This document shows, in pieces, positions 26,039-35,471 of a DNA stretch of 60,894 nucleotides. Made by a program: the position numbers and the translations under genes. The stretch is from Gammaproteobacteria bacterium. Lineage in GTDB: Bacteria > Pseudomonadota > Gammaproteobacteria > Steroidobacterales > Woeseiaceae. Location: contig JAOUNK010000001.1 of assembly GCA_029881015.1 (NCBI GenBank), positions 1-60,894 of the forward strand, given 5' to 3'. Numbering within the stretch: the stretch's first letter is position 1; each line of letters starts with the position of its first letter. Under the pieces are notes generated by a model. That model saw only the letters and a list, made by a program, of their open reading frames with translations. It was not told the DNA's origin and did no database searches.

Positions 26039-27424
26039 TCAGACGGCGCGCAGGTACCAGTCGAAGTCCTGCTGCGCGATCTTGTTGTGGAATTGCTCGG
26101 CCTCGTAACGCCGGACCCTGGCGTAGTAGCGGCAATAGTCGCTGCCGAGGTAGGCGGGCAGCACCTTGCTGCCCTCGAACTTGTCGATGGCCGCTTCCCA
26201 GCGATTCGGGATGCGCAGCCTGGGTGTGATCTCCTGCCCCTGCTCGATCATCGTGCCCGGTTCAATACGGTTCTTGACGCCGTAATGCACGCCGGCTGCG
26301 ACCGCAGCCATGACGAGGTACGGGTTGGCGTCGGCGCCGGCGACGCGATGCTCGAGGCGCAGGTTGCGTTCGTCGGACTCCGGTATGCGTACCGAGACGA
26401 CGCGGTGATTAACGCCCCAGTTCGGCTCCACCGGCGCGAACATATCCGGTCGCAGGCGCCGGTACGAGTTGGCGTTGGGTGCGCAGAGGAGCGTCGTCTC
26501 CGGCATGAGCTTGAGCAGGCCGCCAACGGCGTGCCGCAGGCGTGCCGAAAACGGCGGCTGCGCCATTTTCTCTTTGCCCTGGGAAAAGAAATTCTTGCCG
26601 TCCTTGTCGACGATGCTCATGTGAATATGCAGGCCGCTGCCGGCATAGTTCTCAAAAGGTTTGGCCATGAAGCAGGCAATGAAGCCGTGTTTGCGGGCCG
26701 CAGCCTTGACGATGCGTTTCAGCAGGACAGCATGGTCGCAGGCCAGGACCGGGTCGTCGACATGATGCAGATTGATCTCGTACTGACCGGGGGAATATTC
26801 CGAAATCGCGGCATCGGCCGGCACGTTCTGCGCCTTGCACCAGTCGTAAACGTCGTCGAGGAATCCCTCTACTTCAAACAGATCGTCGGGATGGTAAACC
26901 TGGCCGCCCGGCTGCGGCCGGTTGGTCCCCGGGACTTTCGGTGTGCCGACCCGGGGTGTATCGGACGCAGCATCGAGAAGATAGAACTCCAGCTCGGTTG
27001 CGACCACGATCTTCTTGCCGCCTGCCTTGAGAGGCGCGATGGCTTTCTCGAGAACCGTTCGGGGATCGCCGAAGAAGTTGCCGCCATCCTCTGAGCGCAT
27101 GCGAAAAAACGCCTGGCCCATCGGCTTCTTCGACCACGGCACGGGTACGATAGAGCCGGGTATCAGTGCGGCAGGCAGGTCCGGGTCGCCGTCGTCGGCG
27201 CCATACGGTACGCCGGGCACCACTTCGCCAAGGCCGGTGAGCATCGTGGCGCCTGCACAGAAGATGAAACCCCCGTCGCACACCTTGTCGAAATCGCCGC
27301 GGCGAATGCGTTTGCCCTTCAGGAATCCGCTGAGGTCGGGGATGAGCAGGTCCAGTGATTCGAACCTGCCGTATTTCTTTTCTGCAGCTCGCAACTCCGA
27401 AAGCAGGGACGCGCGTTTCGCCAT
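26039..27424 (-). CDS. Glutamine synthetase-family enzyme (gamma-glutamyl-amine synthetase type)
   Basis: 461 aa. ELEFYLL, SPGQYEINL, KPF..YAGSGLHIHMS, NSYRRL. Confidence 0.88.
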   Translation of the reverse strand: MAKRASLLSELRAAEKKYGRFESLDLLIPDLSGFLKGKRIRRGDFDKVCDGGFIFCAGATMLTGLGEVVPGVPYGADDGDPDLPAALIPGSIVPVPWSKKPMGQAFFRMRSEDGGNFFGDPRTVLEKAIAPLKAGGKKIVVATELEFYLLDAASDTPRVGTPKVPGTNRPQPGGQVYHPDDLFEVEGFLDDVYDWCKAQNVPADAAISEYSPGQYEINLHHVDDPVLACDHAVLLKRIVKAAARKHGFIACFMAKPFENYAGSGLHIHMSIVDKDGKNFFSQGKEKMAQPPFSARLRHAVGGLLKLMPETTLLCAPNANSYRRLRPDMFAPVEPNWGVNHRVVSVRIPESDERNLRLEHRVAGADANPYLVMAAVAAGVHYGVKNRIEPGTMIEQGQEITPRLRIPNRWEAAIDKFEGSKVLPAYLGSDYCRYYARVRRYEAEQFHNKIAQQDFDWYLRAV

Positions 27425-27524
27425 GATGGGGTCTCGTCAGTGATAGCGCGGCCAAGGATCATCGATTTGTGAAGCGCCCGCAATATCCATTCTGTTACTA
27501 TATGATGGAATTGAAAATCATAAT

Positions 27525-28292
27525 GTGGAACGCCCGATGCTCGAAAGGAAATCGCCAAAAGGTGCCCAGGCTGCATTGCGCGCGGTGCGCCTGTTGAAGC
27601 TGTTCACCGCGGCACGACCCGAGTTACAGCTCGCCGAGGTCAGTCGCCTCGCCGGCCTGAACAAGACCACGGCGCATCGACTGTTGCAGGCGCTCCACAG
27701 CGAGTCGCTTCTGGATCGCAACGCCAGTAACGGCGCGTACCGGCTCGGACCGGCGCTCATGGCCCTGGGCGTGCAGGCATTGTCCAGCGACAACCTGAGG
27801 CTCAAGGCGCGCCCGCTGCTCAAGCGACTGGCCGAGGAGACTGGCGAAACGGCGACGCTCGAAGTGCCGATCGACGACTCGATGCTGATTCTCGACGAGG
27901 TGACCGGCGGGCATTTTCTGGCGGCGGGCGGCAATGTCGGGACACGCTGGCCCATGCACGCGACGTCGACCGGCAAGGCGTTTATTGCGTTTGACGAGTT
28001 CGGACTGGACCGCCTGGCGGAGCGCCTGACCCCGCTGACCGCCCGGACGATCGTCGACCGGGCTAAGCTCGAGAACCAGTTCGGGGAAATTCGCCGCCGC
28101 GGCTTTGCCGAAACCGTCGACGAGCTCGAGGAGGGATTCTCGGGCGTCGGGGCGGTCGTCCGGGGCAGCACCGGGGAAATACTCGGTGCGTTGTCGATCT
28201 GCGGCCCGACACAGCGGATGTCGGAGAGCCGGCGGTCCAGCCTCGGGGCAACGCTGTGTACCGCTGCCGGGCAGCTGCAACCGCGCTACTGA
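27525..28292 (+). CDS. IclR-family transcriptional regulator
   Basis: N-terminal wHTH LAEVSRLAGLNKTTAHRLLQAL plus a C-terminal IclR effector domain. Confidence 0.88.
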   Translation: MERPMLERKSPKGAQAALRAVRLLKLFTAARPELQLAEVSRLAGLNKTTAHRLLQALHSESLLDRNASNGAYRLGPALMALGVQALSSDNLRLKARPLLKRLAEETGETATLEVPIDDSMLILDEVTGGHFLAAGGNVGTRWPMHATSTGKAFIAFDEFGLDRLAERLTPLTARTIVDRAKLENQFGEIRRRGFAETVDELEEGFSGVGAVVRGSTGEILGALSICGPTQRMSESRRSSLGATLCTAAGQLQPRY

Positions 28293-28298
28293 GCCAGC

Positions 28299-30230
28299 AT
28301 GCTAATATGCGCGACGACTAATGGCTGCAGGAATGACTCTATCAATACTCGCAAGCTGGTCTCCCGGAACCTCATCCGAACGTCCTTCGTCGCACTCTGG
28401 CTTGCGACCCTGATCCCACTCCCTGCTGCAGCGCTCGAGGTGCAGACGCCTGCCGTCGGTTTGACCGGTGTACCGCTGGCCTACTCGGTGTCAGGCGTTG
28501 CGGCGGGCGAGGCCGTGAAACTGTCGGTAGACGGCTCGACCTACACAGCGATTGCCGATGCAGAAGGCAACGCGGCGTTTGCCGATGTCGCGATTGAAAA
28601 GGCCGGCGTTGCCGGTATCGAAGTAACGGCGGGCACGGCAACAGCCACCCGAGAACTGCGCGTCATACCCGGCTGGGTGTCCGTCTTGCCCGCGATCCTG
28701 GCCATTACGATCGCGTTGACGTTGCGCAACGTAATCCCGGCGTTGTTGCTGGGGCTTTGGGTTGGTGCAACGGCGCTTCGGTCGTTCACGTTCGAAGGAG
28801 CAGGGCGCGGCCTGCTCGACAGTTTCCAGGTGTTCGTGACGAGCGCTATCGCAGATTTCGACAGGGCCTCGATTATCCTTTTCACCATGATGATTGGCGG
28901 CATGGTCGGGATCATCACGCGCAACGGTGGCATGGCGAGCATCGTGCGGTCCATCGTCAGTCGTGCGAAGACGGCGATCGGCGGTCAGGTTGCCGTGTGG
29001 CTCATGGGCCTGATGATCTTCTTCGACGATTACAGCAACACGCTGGTCGTCGGCAACACGGCGCGCTCACTGACAGACCATCTCAACATATCGCGCGAAA
29101 AACTGGCGTATATTGTCGACTCAACGGCGGCGCCAGTTGCCTGTATAGCGCTGATTACGACCTGGATCGGTTACCAGATCGGCCTTGTCGACCAGGCGCT
29201 GGGTACGATCGACGCGTTGGCCGATGTACAGGCCTACTCGGTATTTATCCATTCGATCCCGTACAGCTTCTACCCGATACTCGCGATTGTATTCGTCCTC
29301 ATGATCTCGGCGAGTGGCCGCGACTTCGGGCCCATGTATGCCGCCGAAGTACGCGCACGAAATGGTGCGGTAAAACCGGAGACCGGTGACGCGCTGCCTT
29401 CGATCCAGGGCGACGAACTCGAGCCCAAGGACAACATTCCGTTGCGTGCGGTCAATGCTTTCGTGCCGATCATCGCGCTGATTATTGCGTTGATGCTCAG
29501 CCTGTATCTGCTCGGGGAGGGCGACTCTCTCGTCGCGATCCTCGAAACGACCAGTCCTTACCAGGCGATGATGTACTCGTCTTTCGTCGGCGTCCTGGTA
29601 GCTGCCGCCCTGTCGATCGGACAGCGCATCCTGTCGGTCCACGAGACCGTCGACGCCTGGTACGGTGGTCTCAGGGCAACCCTGTTCGGCATGATCATAC
29701 TCGTGCTGGCGTGGTCTCTTTCGGACCTGACCGCGTCCCTGAATACCGCGCAGTATCTTGTGACATTGCTGGCCGATACGCTGCCGGTCGGACTGATCCC
29801 GGCCATCGTCTTTGTGCTGGCTGCGTTCACGGCGTTCACGACCGGCACGAGCTGGGGGACGATGGCCATCCTGATGCCGCTGATCATTCCGCTGGCATGG
29901 GCTGTAATGAGCGTCAATGGCATCGCCGATCCAGGCGGGATGCATATTCTTTACTCGGCCGTTGCCTGTTGCCTGGGCGGCGCCGTCTGGGGCGATCATT
30001 GTTCGCCAATTTCCGACACCACCGTGCTGTCATCGGTAGCGAGTGGCTGCGATCACATCGAACACGTGCGTACACAGCTGCCGTATGCGCTGGTCGTTGG
30101 CTTTGTCGGCCTGTTCGTCGGTACGATTCCCGGGGGCTTCGGGATGTCGCCGCTGGTCTCGATCGTGATCGGTATCGCGATTCTCGGCCTCGTTCTGAAG
30201 CTCCTGGGGAAGAAAGCAGAAGCGAGTTAG
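28299..30230 (+). CDS. NhaC-family transporter with ~120-aa N-terminal extracytoplasmic extension
   Basis: Signal/anchor, then a beta-rich segment. From about aa 125 it is a polytopic NhaC-like core (VLPAILAITIALTLRNV..., FDDYSNTLVVGNT). Confidence 0.78.
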   Translation: MLICATTNGCRNDSINTRKLVSRNLIRTSFVALWLATLIPLPAAALEVQTPAVGLTGVPLAYSVSGVAAGEAVKLSVDGSTYTAIADAEGNAAFADVAIEKAGVAGIEVTAGTATATRELRVIPGWVSVLPAILAITIALTLRNVIPALLLGLWVGATALRSFTFEGAGRGLLDSFQVFVTSAIADFDRASIILFTMMIGGMVGIITRNGGMASIVRSIVSRAKTAIGGQVAVWLMGLMIFFDDYSNTLVVGNTARSLTDHLNISREKLAYIVDSTAAPVACIALITTWIGYQIGLVDQALGTIDALADVQAYSVFIHSIPYSFYPILAIVFVLMISASGRDFGPMYAAEVRARNGAVKPETGDALPSIQGDELEPKDNIPLRAVNAFVPIIALIIALMLSLYLLGEGDSLVAILETTSPYQAMMYSSFVGVLVAAALSIGQRILSVHETVDAWYGGLRATLFGMIILVLAWSLSDLTASLNTAQYLVTLLADTLPVGLIPAIVFVLAAFTAFTTGTSWGTMAILMPLIIPLAWAVMSVNGIADPGGMHILYSAVACCLGGAVWGDHCSPISDTTVLSSVASGCDHIEHVRTQLPYALVVGFVGLFVGTIPGGFGMSPLVSIVIGIAILGLVLKLLGKKAEAS

Positions 30231-30234
30231 CACC

Positions 30235-30993
30235 ATGCCCAGAAGACCCATAGTCGGTGTGCCGGCAGACCGGCGAGATTTCGGCCCCCATCCATTTCAC
30301 ATGGTGGGCGAGAAGTACCTGGTTGCGCTGCTCCGGGCAGCGAACGTGTTGCCGCTCATGGCGCCCGTGCTTGCCGATGACGTCGATCTCGACGAATTGC
30401 TGGACCAGGTCGATGGTGTGTTCCTGACGGGAAGCTACTCCAATCTCGAACCCCATCACTACGACGGCGAGCCGAGCGACGAAGGTACGCTGCACGATCC
30501 GCACCGTGACGCGCTTACCCTGCCGCTGGCCCGGCGCGCGCTGCAGCGTGGCGTGCCCTTGCTCGCTGTCTGCCGCGGCTTCCAGGAACTGAATGTCGTG
30601 CTGGGGGGGACGCTGCACCAGAAAGTGCATGAGGTCGCGGGTTACCACAATCACCTGGAGAACAAGAACGATCCTCTGGACGTGCAATACGGACCCTCCC
30701 ACCCCGTCAGTCTGCCCGAAAATGGACTGTTGCGCGGGCTGCTGGGCAGTGATACTGCAATGGTGAATTCCCTGCATGGGCAGGCGATCGCAAGGCTGGC
30801 CAAAGGTGTCAGCGTCGAGGCCGTCGCGGACGACGGGCTGATCGAGGCGTTCCGGGTCGACGACGTCCCCGGGTTTGCCCTCGCGGTGCAGTGGCACCCC
30901 GAGTGGAAAGCGACCGAGAACGAATTGTCCAAAGTGATTTTCAAGGCGTTTGGCGATGCATGCAGGACCTACGCCCGCCAACGACAGGTGTAA
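30235..30993 (+). CDS. puuD: Gamma-glutamyl-GABA hydrolase-type class-I amidotransferase (peptidase C26)
   Basis: GVFLTGSYSNLEPHHY, nucleophile LAVCRGFQELNV, QWHPEW. Confidence 0.85.
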   Translation: MPRRPIVGVPADRRDFGPHPFHMVGEKYLVALLRAANVLPLMAPVLADDVDLDELLDQVDGVFLTGSYSNLEPHHYDGEPSDEGTLHDPHRDALTLPLARRALQRGVPLLAVCRGFQELNVVLGGTLHQKVHEVAGYHNHLENKNDPLDVQYGPSHPVSLPENGLLRGLLGSDTAMVNSLHGQAIARLAKGVSVEAVADDGLIEAFRVDDVPGFALAVQWHPEWKATENELSKVIFKAFGDACRTYARQRQV

Positions 30994-30994
30994 C

Positions 30995-32326
30995 GTGAGT
31001 GACGACAACCTACTGCAGGACTGGCTGACGGAGAACAGAATCGACGATGTCGAGGCGATTGTGCCCGACATGGCGGGCGCCGCGCGTGGCAAGGTAGTGC
31101 CCGCTGCGAAGTTTGGCAAAGGCGACATGAAAATGCCCGAGGGGGTCTTTGCGCAGACCATCTCCGGTGACTACGTCAACGACCCCGACAATGTCGAGGA
31201 CAGGGACATGTTGCTCGTGCCCGACCCGGAGACGCTGCGACCCGTGCCCTGGGCGGCGGACAATGCTGCCGCGGTATTCCTCGACTGCTATCACCGTGAC
31301 GGTTCTCCGGTCAACAAGTCGCCGCGAGCCGTACTACGCAACGTGTTGACCCAGTATGAATCGAAAGGCTGGATTCCGGTCGTGGCTCCCGAGGTGGAGT
31401 TCTACCTGCTTAGCCCGTATTCCGATCCGAACGAAGACGCCGAGCCGCCCGAAGGTCGCCTTGGCTGGACCGAGGGCGCAAACCAGCCCTACAGCATCGA
31501 TACGATGAACGATTTCGACCCGTTCATTAACCGGGTCTACAAGTATTGCGAAGCCCAGCGAATCAACATCGACACGATCTCCCAGGAAATGGGCCCGGCG
31601 CAATTCGAGCTGAATTTTCTGCATGGGGACGCGCTGGAGCTCGCGGACCAGGTGTTCCTGTTCAAACGCACGGTCCGCGAAGCAGCGATCAAACACAAGA
31701 TGCACGCGACGTTTCTTGCCAAGCCGATGGCAGAGGACGCAGGCAGCGCACTGCACATTCACCAGAGCGTGGTCGACACGCGTGGCAGGAATGTGTTCTC
31801 CGACGACAAGGGTGAGCCAAGCGCGTTGTTCTACGGGTTTCTCGGCGGCCTGCAGAAATACATGAACGATGCGATGCTCCTGTTCGCACCGTACGTGAAT
31901 TCCTACCGCCGGCTGGCCAGCCCCTGGGCCTCACCCGTCAACCTGGCCTGGGCGATCGACAACCGCACCGTCGGTTTGCGCGTGCCCGACTCGCCTCCGG
32001 AGGCGCGCCGTATTGAGAACAGGCTCGCAGGATCCGACGTTAACCCCTATCTCGTCACGGCGGCGACGCTGGCCTGTGGGTACCTCGGCATGGTCGAAGG
32101 GCTGACCCCGACACCGCCGATCGAGGGCAGTGCCTACAGTGAAGAACACAGCTTGCACCGTCATATATTTGAAGCGATCGACGCGTTGCGCGAATCCGGG
32201 CCAATGCGCGGCATGCTGGGGGAATCGTTCGTCGATCTGTACGTCGCACTGAAAGAGAATGAGTACAAGGAATTCCAGGAGATCATTACGCCCTATGAGC
32301 GTGAAATCCTGATGTTCAACGTTTGA
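30995..32326 (+). CDS. puuA: Gamma-glutamylputrescine synthetase-type GS-family enzyme
   Basis: PEVEFYLL, GPAQFELNF, KPMAEDAGSALHIHQS, NSYRRL. The start is taken at the GTG at 30995, 1 nt after the puuD stop. Confidence 0.85.
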   Translation: MSDDNLLQDWLTENRIDDVEAIVPDMAGAARGKVVPAAKFGKGDMKMPEGVFAQTISGDYVNDPDNVEDRDMLLVPDPETLRPVPWAADNAAAVFLDCYHRDGSPVNKSPRAVLRNVLTQYESKGWIPVVAPEVEFYLLSPYSDPNEDAEPPEGRLGWTEGANQPYSIDTMNDFDPFINRVYKYCEAQRINIDTISQEMGPAQFELNFLHGDALELADQVFLFKRTVREAAIKHKMHATFLAKPMAEDAGSALHIHQSVVDTRGRNVFSDDKGEPSALFYGFLGGLQKYMNDAMLLFAPYVNSYRRLASPWASPVNLAWAIDNRTVGLRVPDSPPEARRIENRLAGSDVNPYLVTAATLACGYLGMVEGLTPTPPIEGSAYSEEHSLHRHIFEAIDALRESGPMRGMLGESFVDLYVALKENEYKEFQEIITPYEREILMFNV

Positions 32327-32348
32327 TACCGAAGAGAGCAGGTGACCA

Positions 32349-33722
32349 ATGGCAGCAATAGAAAAGCGCTCACGCGAAGACTGGCAGGCGCTCGATAAAG
32401 AGCATCATCTGCATCCGTTCACGGATCACAAGGACCTGCACGTGAAACGCTCGCGCATCATTACCCGCGCAGACGGCGTGTACATTTATGATGCCGATGG
32501 CAGCAAGATCCTGGACGGGATGTCGGGACTCTGGTGTGTCAACGCGGGTTACGGCCGCGAGGAGATCGTCGAGGCGGCCGCCGCGCAGATGCGAGAGCTG
32601 CCTTACTACAACAATTTCTTCCAGTGTGCGCACCCACCGTCTATCGAGTTGGCCGCCATGCTCAAGGAAGTGTCTCCGCCGCAGTTCAATCGTGTGTTCT
32701 TCACCGGCTCGGGGTCGGAGTCGAACGACACCATCGTGCGTATGGTGCGCACGTATTGGGACCTTATGGGCCAGCCCGGACGTCACACCATCATCAGTCG
32801 TCACAATGCGTACCACGGCTCGACCGTCGCCGCGGCGAGCCTGGGTGGCATGAAGCCCATGCACAAGCAAAGCGGATTGCCGATCCCGGGTATTGTGCAC
32901 GTCGAGCAGCCGTACTGGTTCGGTTCGGACAGGACGCTGTCGCCCGACGAGCTGGGGCTCGCCGCCGCACGCTCGATCGAAGAAAAGATCAACGAGCTCG
33001 GTCCGGAAAAGATTGCTGCCTTCATCGGCGAGCCGATACAGGGCGCCGGCGGTGTAATCATTCCGCCGGACAGCTACTGGCCGGAAGTGCAGCGCATCTG
33101 CGAGAAGTACGACATCCTGCTGATTTCCGACGAGGTGATTACGGGATTCGGGCGGCTGGGCGAGTGGTTCGGGGCCAACTACTACGGTACGAAACCCGAC
33201 TTCATGCCGTTCGCCAAAGGCGTTACGTCGGGCTATCTGCCGCTGGGTGGTGTGCTGGTCAGCGATCGCGTAGCCGATGTCCTCGTGGACAAAGCGGGCG
33301 AGTTTGCACACGGGTACACGTACTCGGGTCACCCGGCGGCGTGTGCGGTGGCCATCGCCAACCTGAAGATCCTGCACCGCGAGAAACTCGTGGAGCGCAT
33401 TCGCGACGATATCGGTCCGTACCTCCAGGCCAGGTGGGCCACGCTGGCCGAACACCCCCTCGTCGGCGAAGCGCGCATGGTGGGTCTCATGGGTGCCTTC
33501 GAACTCGTGAAGGACAAAGAGACGCTGGAGCGCTTCGACCCGGAGGCCGGGGCCGGCCCGACGTACCGCGATCATGTGACCGCGACCGGACTTTGCCTGC
33601 GGGCTTCAGGTGACACCATAATCTGTGCGCCGCCGTTTACACTCTCGCATGCCGAGGCTGACGAGCTCATCGACAAGGCACTGATTGCACTGGATCTGAC
33701 GCAGAAGTCACTCAAGGCTTAA
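32349..33722 (+). CDS. Class-III PLP aminotransferase (putrescine/omega-amino acid:pyruvate type, SpuC-like)
   Basis: SGLWCVNAGYGR, FFTGSGSESNDT, ISDEVITGFGRLG, KGVTSGYLPLG. Confidence 0.88.
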   Translation: MAAIEKRSREDWQALDKEHHLHPFTDHKDLHVKRSRIITRADGVYIYDADGSKILDGMSGLWCVNAGYGREEIVEAAAAQMRELPYYNNFFQCAHPPSIELAAMLKEVSPPQFNRVFFTGSGSESNDTIVRMVRTYWDLMGQPGRHTIISRHNAYHGSTVAAASLGGMKPMHKQSGLPIPGIVHVEQPYWFGSDRTLSPDELGLAAARSIEEKINELGPEKIAAFIGEPIQGAGGVIIPPDSYWPEVQRICEKYDILLISDEVITGFGRLGEWFGANYYGTKPDFMPFAKGVTSGYLPLGGVLVSDRVADVLVDKAGEFAHGYTYSGHPAACAVAIANLKILHREKLVERIRDDIGPYLQARWATLAEHPLVGEARMVGLMGAFELVKDKETLERFDPEAGAGPTYRDHVTATGLCLRASGDTIICAPPFTLSHAEADELIDKALIALDLTQKSLKA

Positions 33723-33724
33723 GT

Positions 33725-34666
33725 ATGGACAAGTTCGATAGTGACAATGCGATAAGCCGGGAAAGCCTCTACGGCACGACCCCGGAGCCGACGTACGCCG
33801 GCGTGACATCCTTCATGCGTCGCAAGTACGTGACGGACCTCGAGGGTGTGGATGTGGCGGTCACGGGTGTACCCCTGGATACGGCAACCACCAATCGCCC
33901 GGGAACGCGTTTCGGGCCGCGCGCCATACGCAATGCGTCGACGATCATGGCCTGGGAGAAACCCTATGGCATGGCCTTCGATCCTTTCGACAAGTTGGCC
34001 GTGGCCGACGTCGGCGATTGCTATTTCGATCACGGCAAGCCGCAGACGGTTCCGGACGCGATCGAGGCGCATGCGTCGAAAATCATCGAGCAGGGGCCGG
34101 CACTGCTGACGCTCGGGGGAGACCATTTCATTTCCTATCCCTTGCTCAAGGCACATGCCGGGAAGCACGGCGCACCGCTCTCGCTACTGCATTTCGATGC
34201 CCATAGCGACACTTGGCGCGACAAGGACGACCGAATCGATCACGGGACCATGTTCTATTGGGCGGCGAAACACGGCATCGTCGATCCTGCATCGTCGGTG
34301 CAGATCGGGTTGCGCACGGAAAACCCCGACACCATGGGATTCAATATCATCGACGCACCCAAGGTGCACCGGGCGGGCATCGAGGCAGTAGTGGAGGAGG
34401 CGCGCCGGCACCTCGGCAACAAGCCCGTCTACGTGACGTTCGACATCGACTGCCTGGATCCGAGTTATGCGCCGGGGACAGGGACGCCGGTCTGTGGCGG
34501 TCTGACTTCACACCAGGCCATGTCCATCCTGCGCGGCCTGCAGGGGATCAATATCGTCGGCATGGATGTGGTGGAAGTTGCGCCTGCCTACGACGTCGCG
34601 GAGATCACGTCGCTGGCAGCGTCGCACATCGCAATGGAAATGCTCTACCTGTACGCCTGCAAGTAG
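33725..34666 (+). CDS. speB: Agmatinase/ureohydrolase family enzyme
   Basis: Mn-binding motifs GGDHFISYP, HFDAHSDT and DIDCLDPSYAPGTGTP. Substrate is not resolvable by eye (agmatine vs guanidino acids). Confidence 0.85.
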   Translation: MDKFDSDNAISRESLYGTTPEPTYAGVTSFMRRKYVTDLEGVDVAVTGVPLDTATTNRPGTRFGPRAIRNASTIMAWEKPYGMAFDPFDKLAVADVGDCYFDHGKPQTVPDAIEAHASKIIEQGPALLTLGGDHFISYPLLKAHAGKHGAPLSLLHFDAHSDTWRDKDDRIDHGTMFYWAAKHGIVDPASSVQIGLRTENPDTMGFNIIDAPKVHRAGIEAVVEEARRHLGNKPVYVTFDIDCLDPSYAPGTGTPVCGGLTSHQAMSILRGLQGINIVGMDVVEVAPAYDVAEITSLAASHIAMEMLYLYACK

Positions 34667-34667
34667 A

Positions 34668-35336
34668 TCAGTCGGGCTTGCTCGCGTCCCCGGGCAAAAA
34701 GACGCTGATGATAAGGTCCGCTATCTCGTCCAGCGTGCCACTGTCGTCGACATCAATGCCGCTGGATAACGGCAGCTCCTTGCCGAGCGCCAGCAGCCCT
34801 CCTGACGACAGGCGAATCATGTTGAAGATCAGCTTGGGATTACCGGGAACGGCGATGCCGAGCTCCTGCAGCTCCCTGATCATGCCAAAGGTGGTTTCGA
34901 AGAACGGCCGGAGATGGGTCTCGACCAGCCAGTTGAGGCGCGGGCTGGCGTAGCTCGCTTCCTGCACCATGACCTTGTGCAATGCTGGCTGGCTCTTTGC
35001 GTAATACACGTAGGCCTTGATCAGGGAAGCCATGCGCTGCTTCGGGCCTTCGTGCTTGTGATGCTCGAGCGACGCGGCAAGCGAGTGCCGGAAATCGCGA
35101 AATACCCTGTCGGCTGCAGCGCGCCAGAGCTTGTCCTTGTTCTGGAAGTGATACGTAATGAGTGGGTGATGCACGCCGGCACGCTCGGCAATGTCGCGCG
35201 TCGAAGTGCCTTTGAAGCCATTTTCCGAGAACGCCTCGATCGCGGCGTCGAGTAACTTCTCCTGGGTGACAATGCTGCGCTGTTGTTGTTTGCGTGTGGT
35301 CTTGGCCGCGACAGCGGCATTAGTTTCTTTTGACAC
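34668..35336 (-). CDS. TetR-family transcriptional regulator
   Basis: LLDAAIEAFSENGFKGTSTRDIAERAGVHHPLITYHF. Confidence 0.88.
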   Translation of the reverse strand: MSKETNAAVAAKTTRKQQQRSIVTQEKLLDAAIEAFSENGFKGTSTRDIAERAGVHHPLITYHFQNKDKLWRAAADRVFRDFRHSLAASLEHHKHEGPKQRMASLIKAYVYYAKSQPALHKVMVQEASYASPRLNWLVETHLRPFFETTFGMIRELQELGIAVPGNPKLIFNMIRLSSGGLLALGKELPLSSGIDVDDSGTLDEIADLIISVFLPGDASKPD

Positions 35337-35352
35337 TATGTTTACCGAGCCT

Positions 35353-35389
35353 GAAAATAAAACAATCCCGCGCAGGGTAACGGGATTGT
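35353..35389 (-). terminator. Rho-independent terminator downstream of the receiver-TonB_C gene
   Basis: ACAATCCCG (35362-35370) / 10-nt loop / CGGGATTGT (35381-35389). On the minus strand it is followed by TTTATTTTC. Confidence 0.55.
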
Positions 35390-35471
35390 CATATATGGTC
35401 TAGCCTGGAAACGTTTACGGCCCGATTTATTCGACAAGGTGGACAAAAGTCAAATAAATCGGGCAATTGCG

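Noticed and set aside
27425-27524. TCCAT...ATGGAA / GTGGAA repeats between the GS-like gene and iclR, as an IclR operator.
   Set aside because: The repeats are short (5-6 nt) and imperfect. They are not distinguishable from chance by eye.
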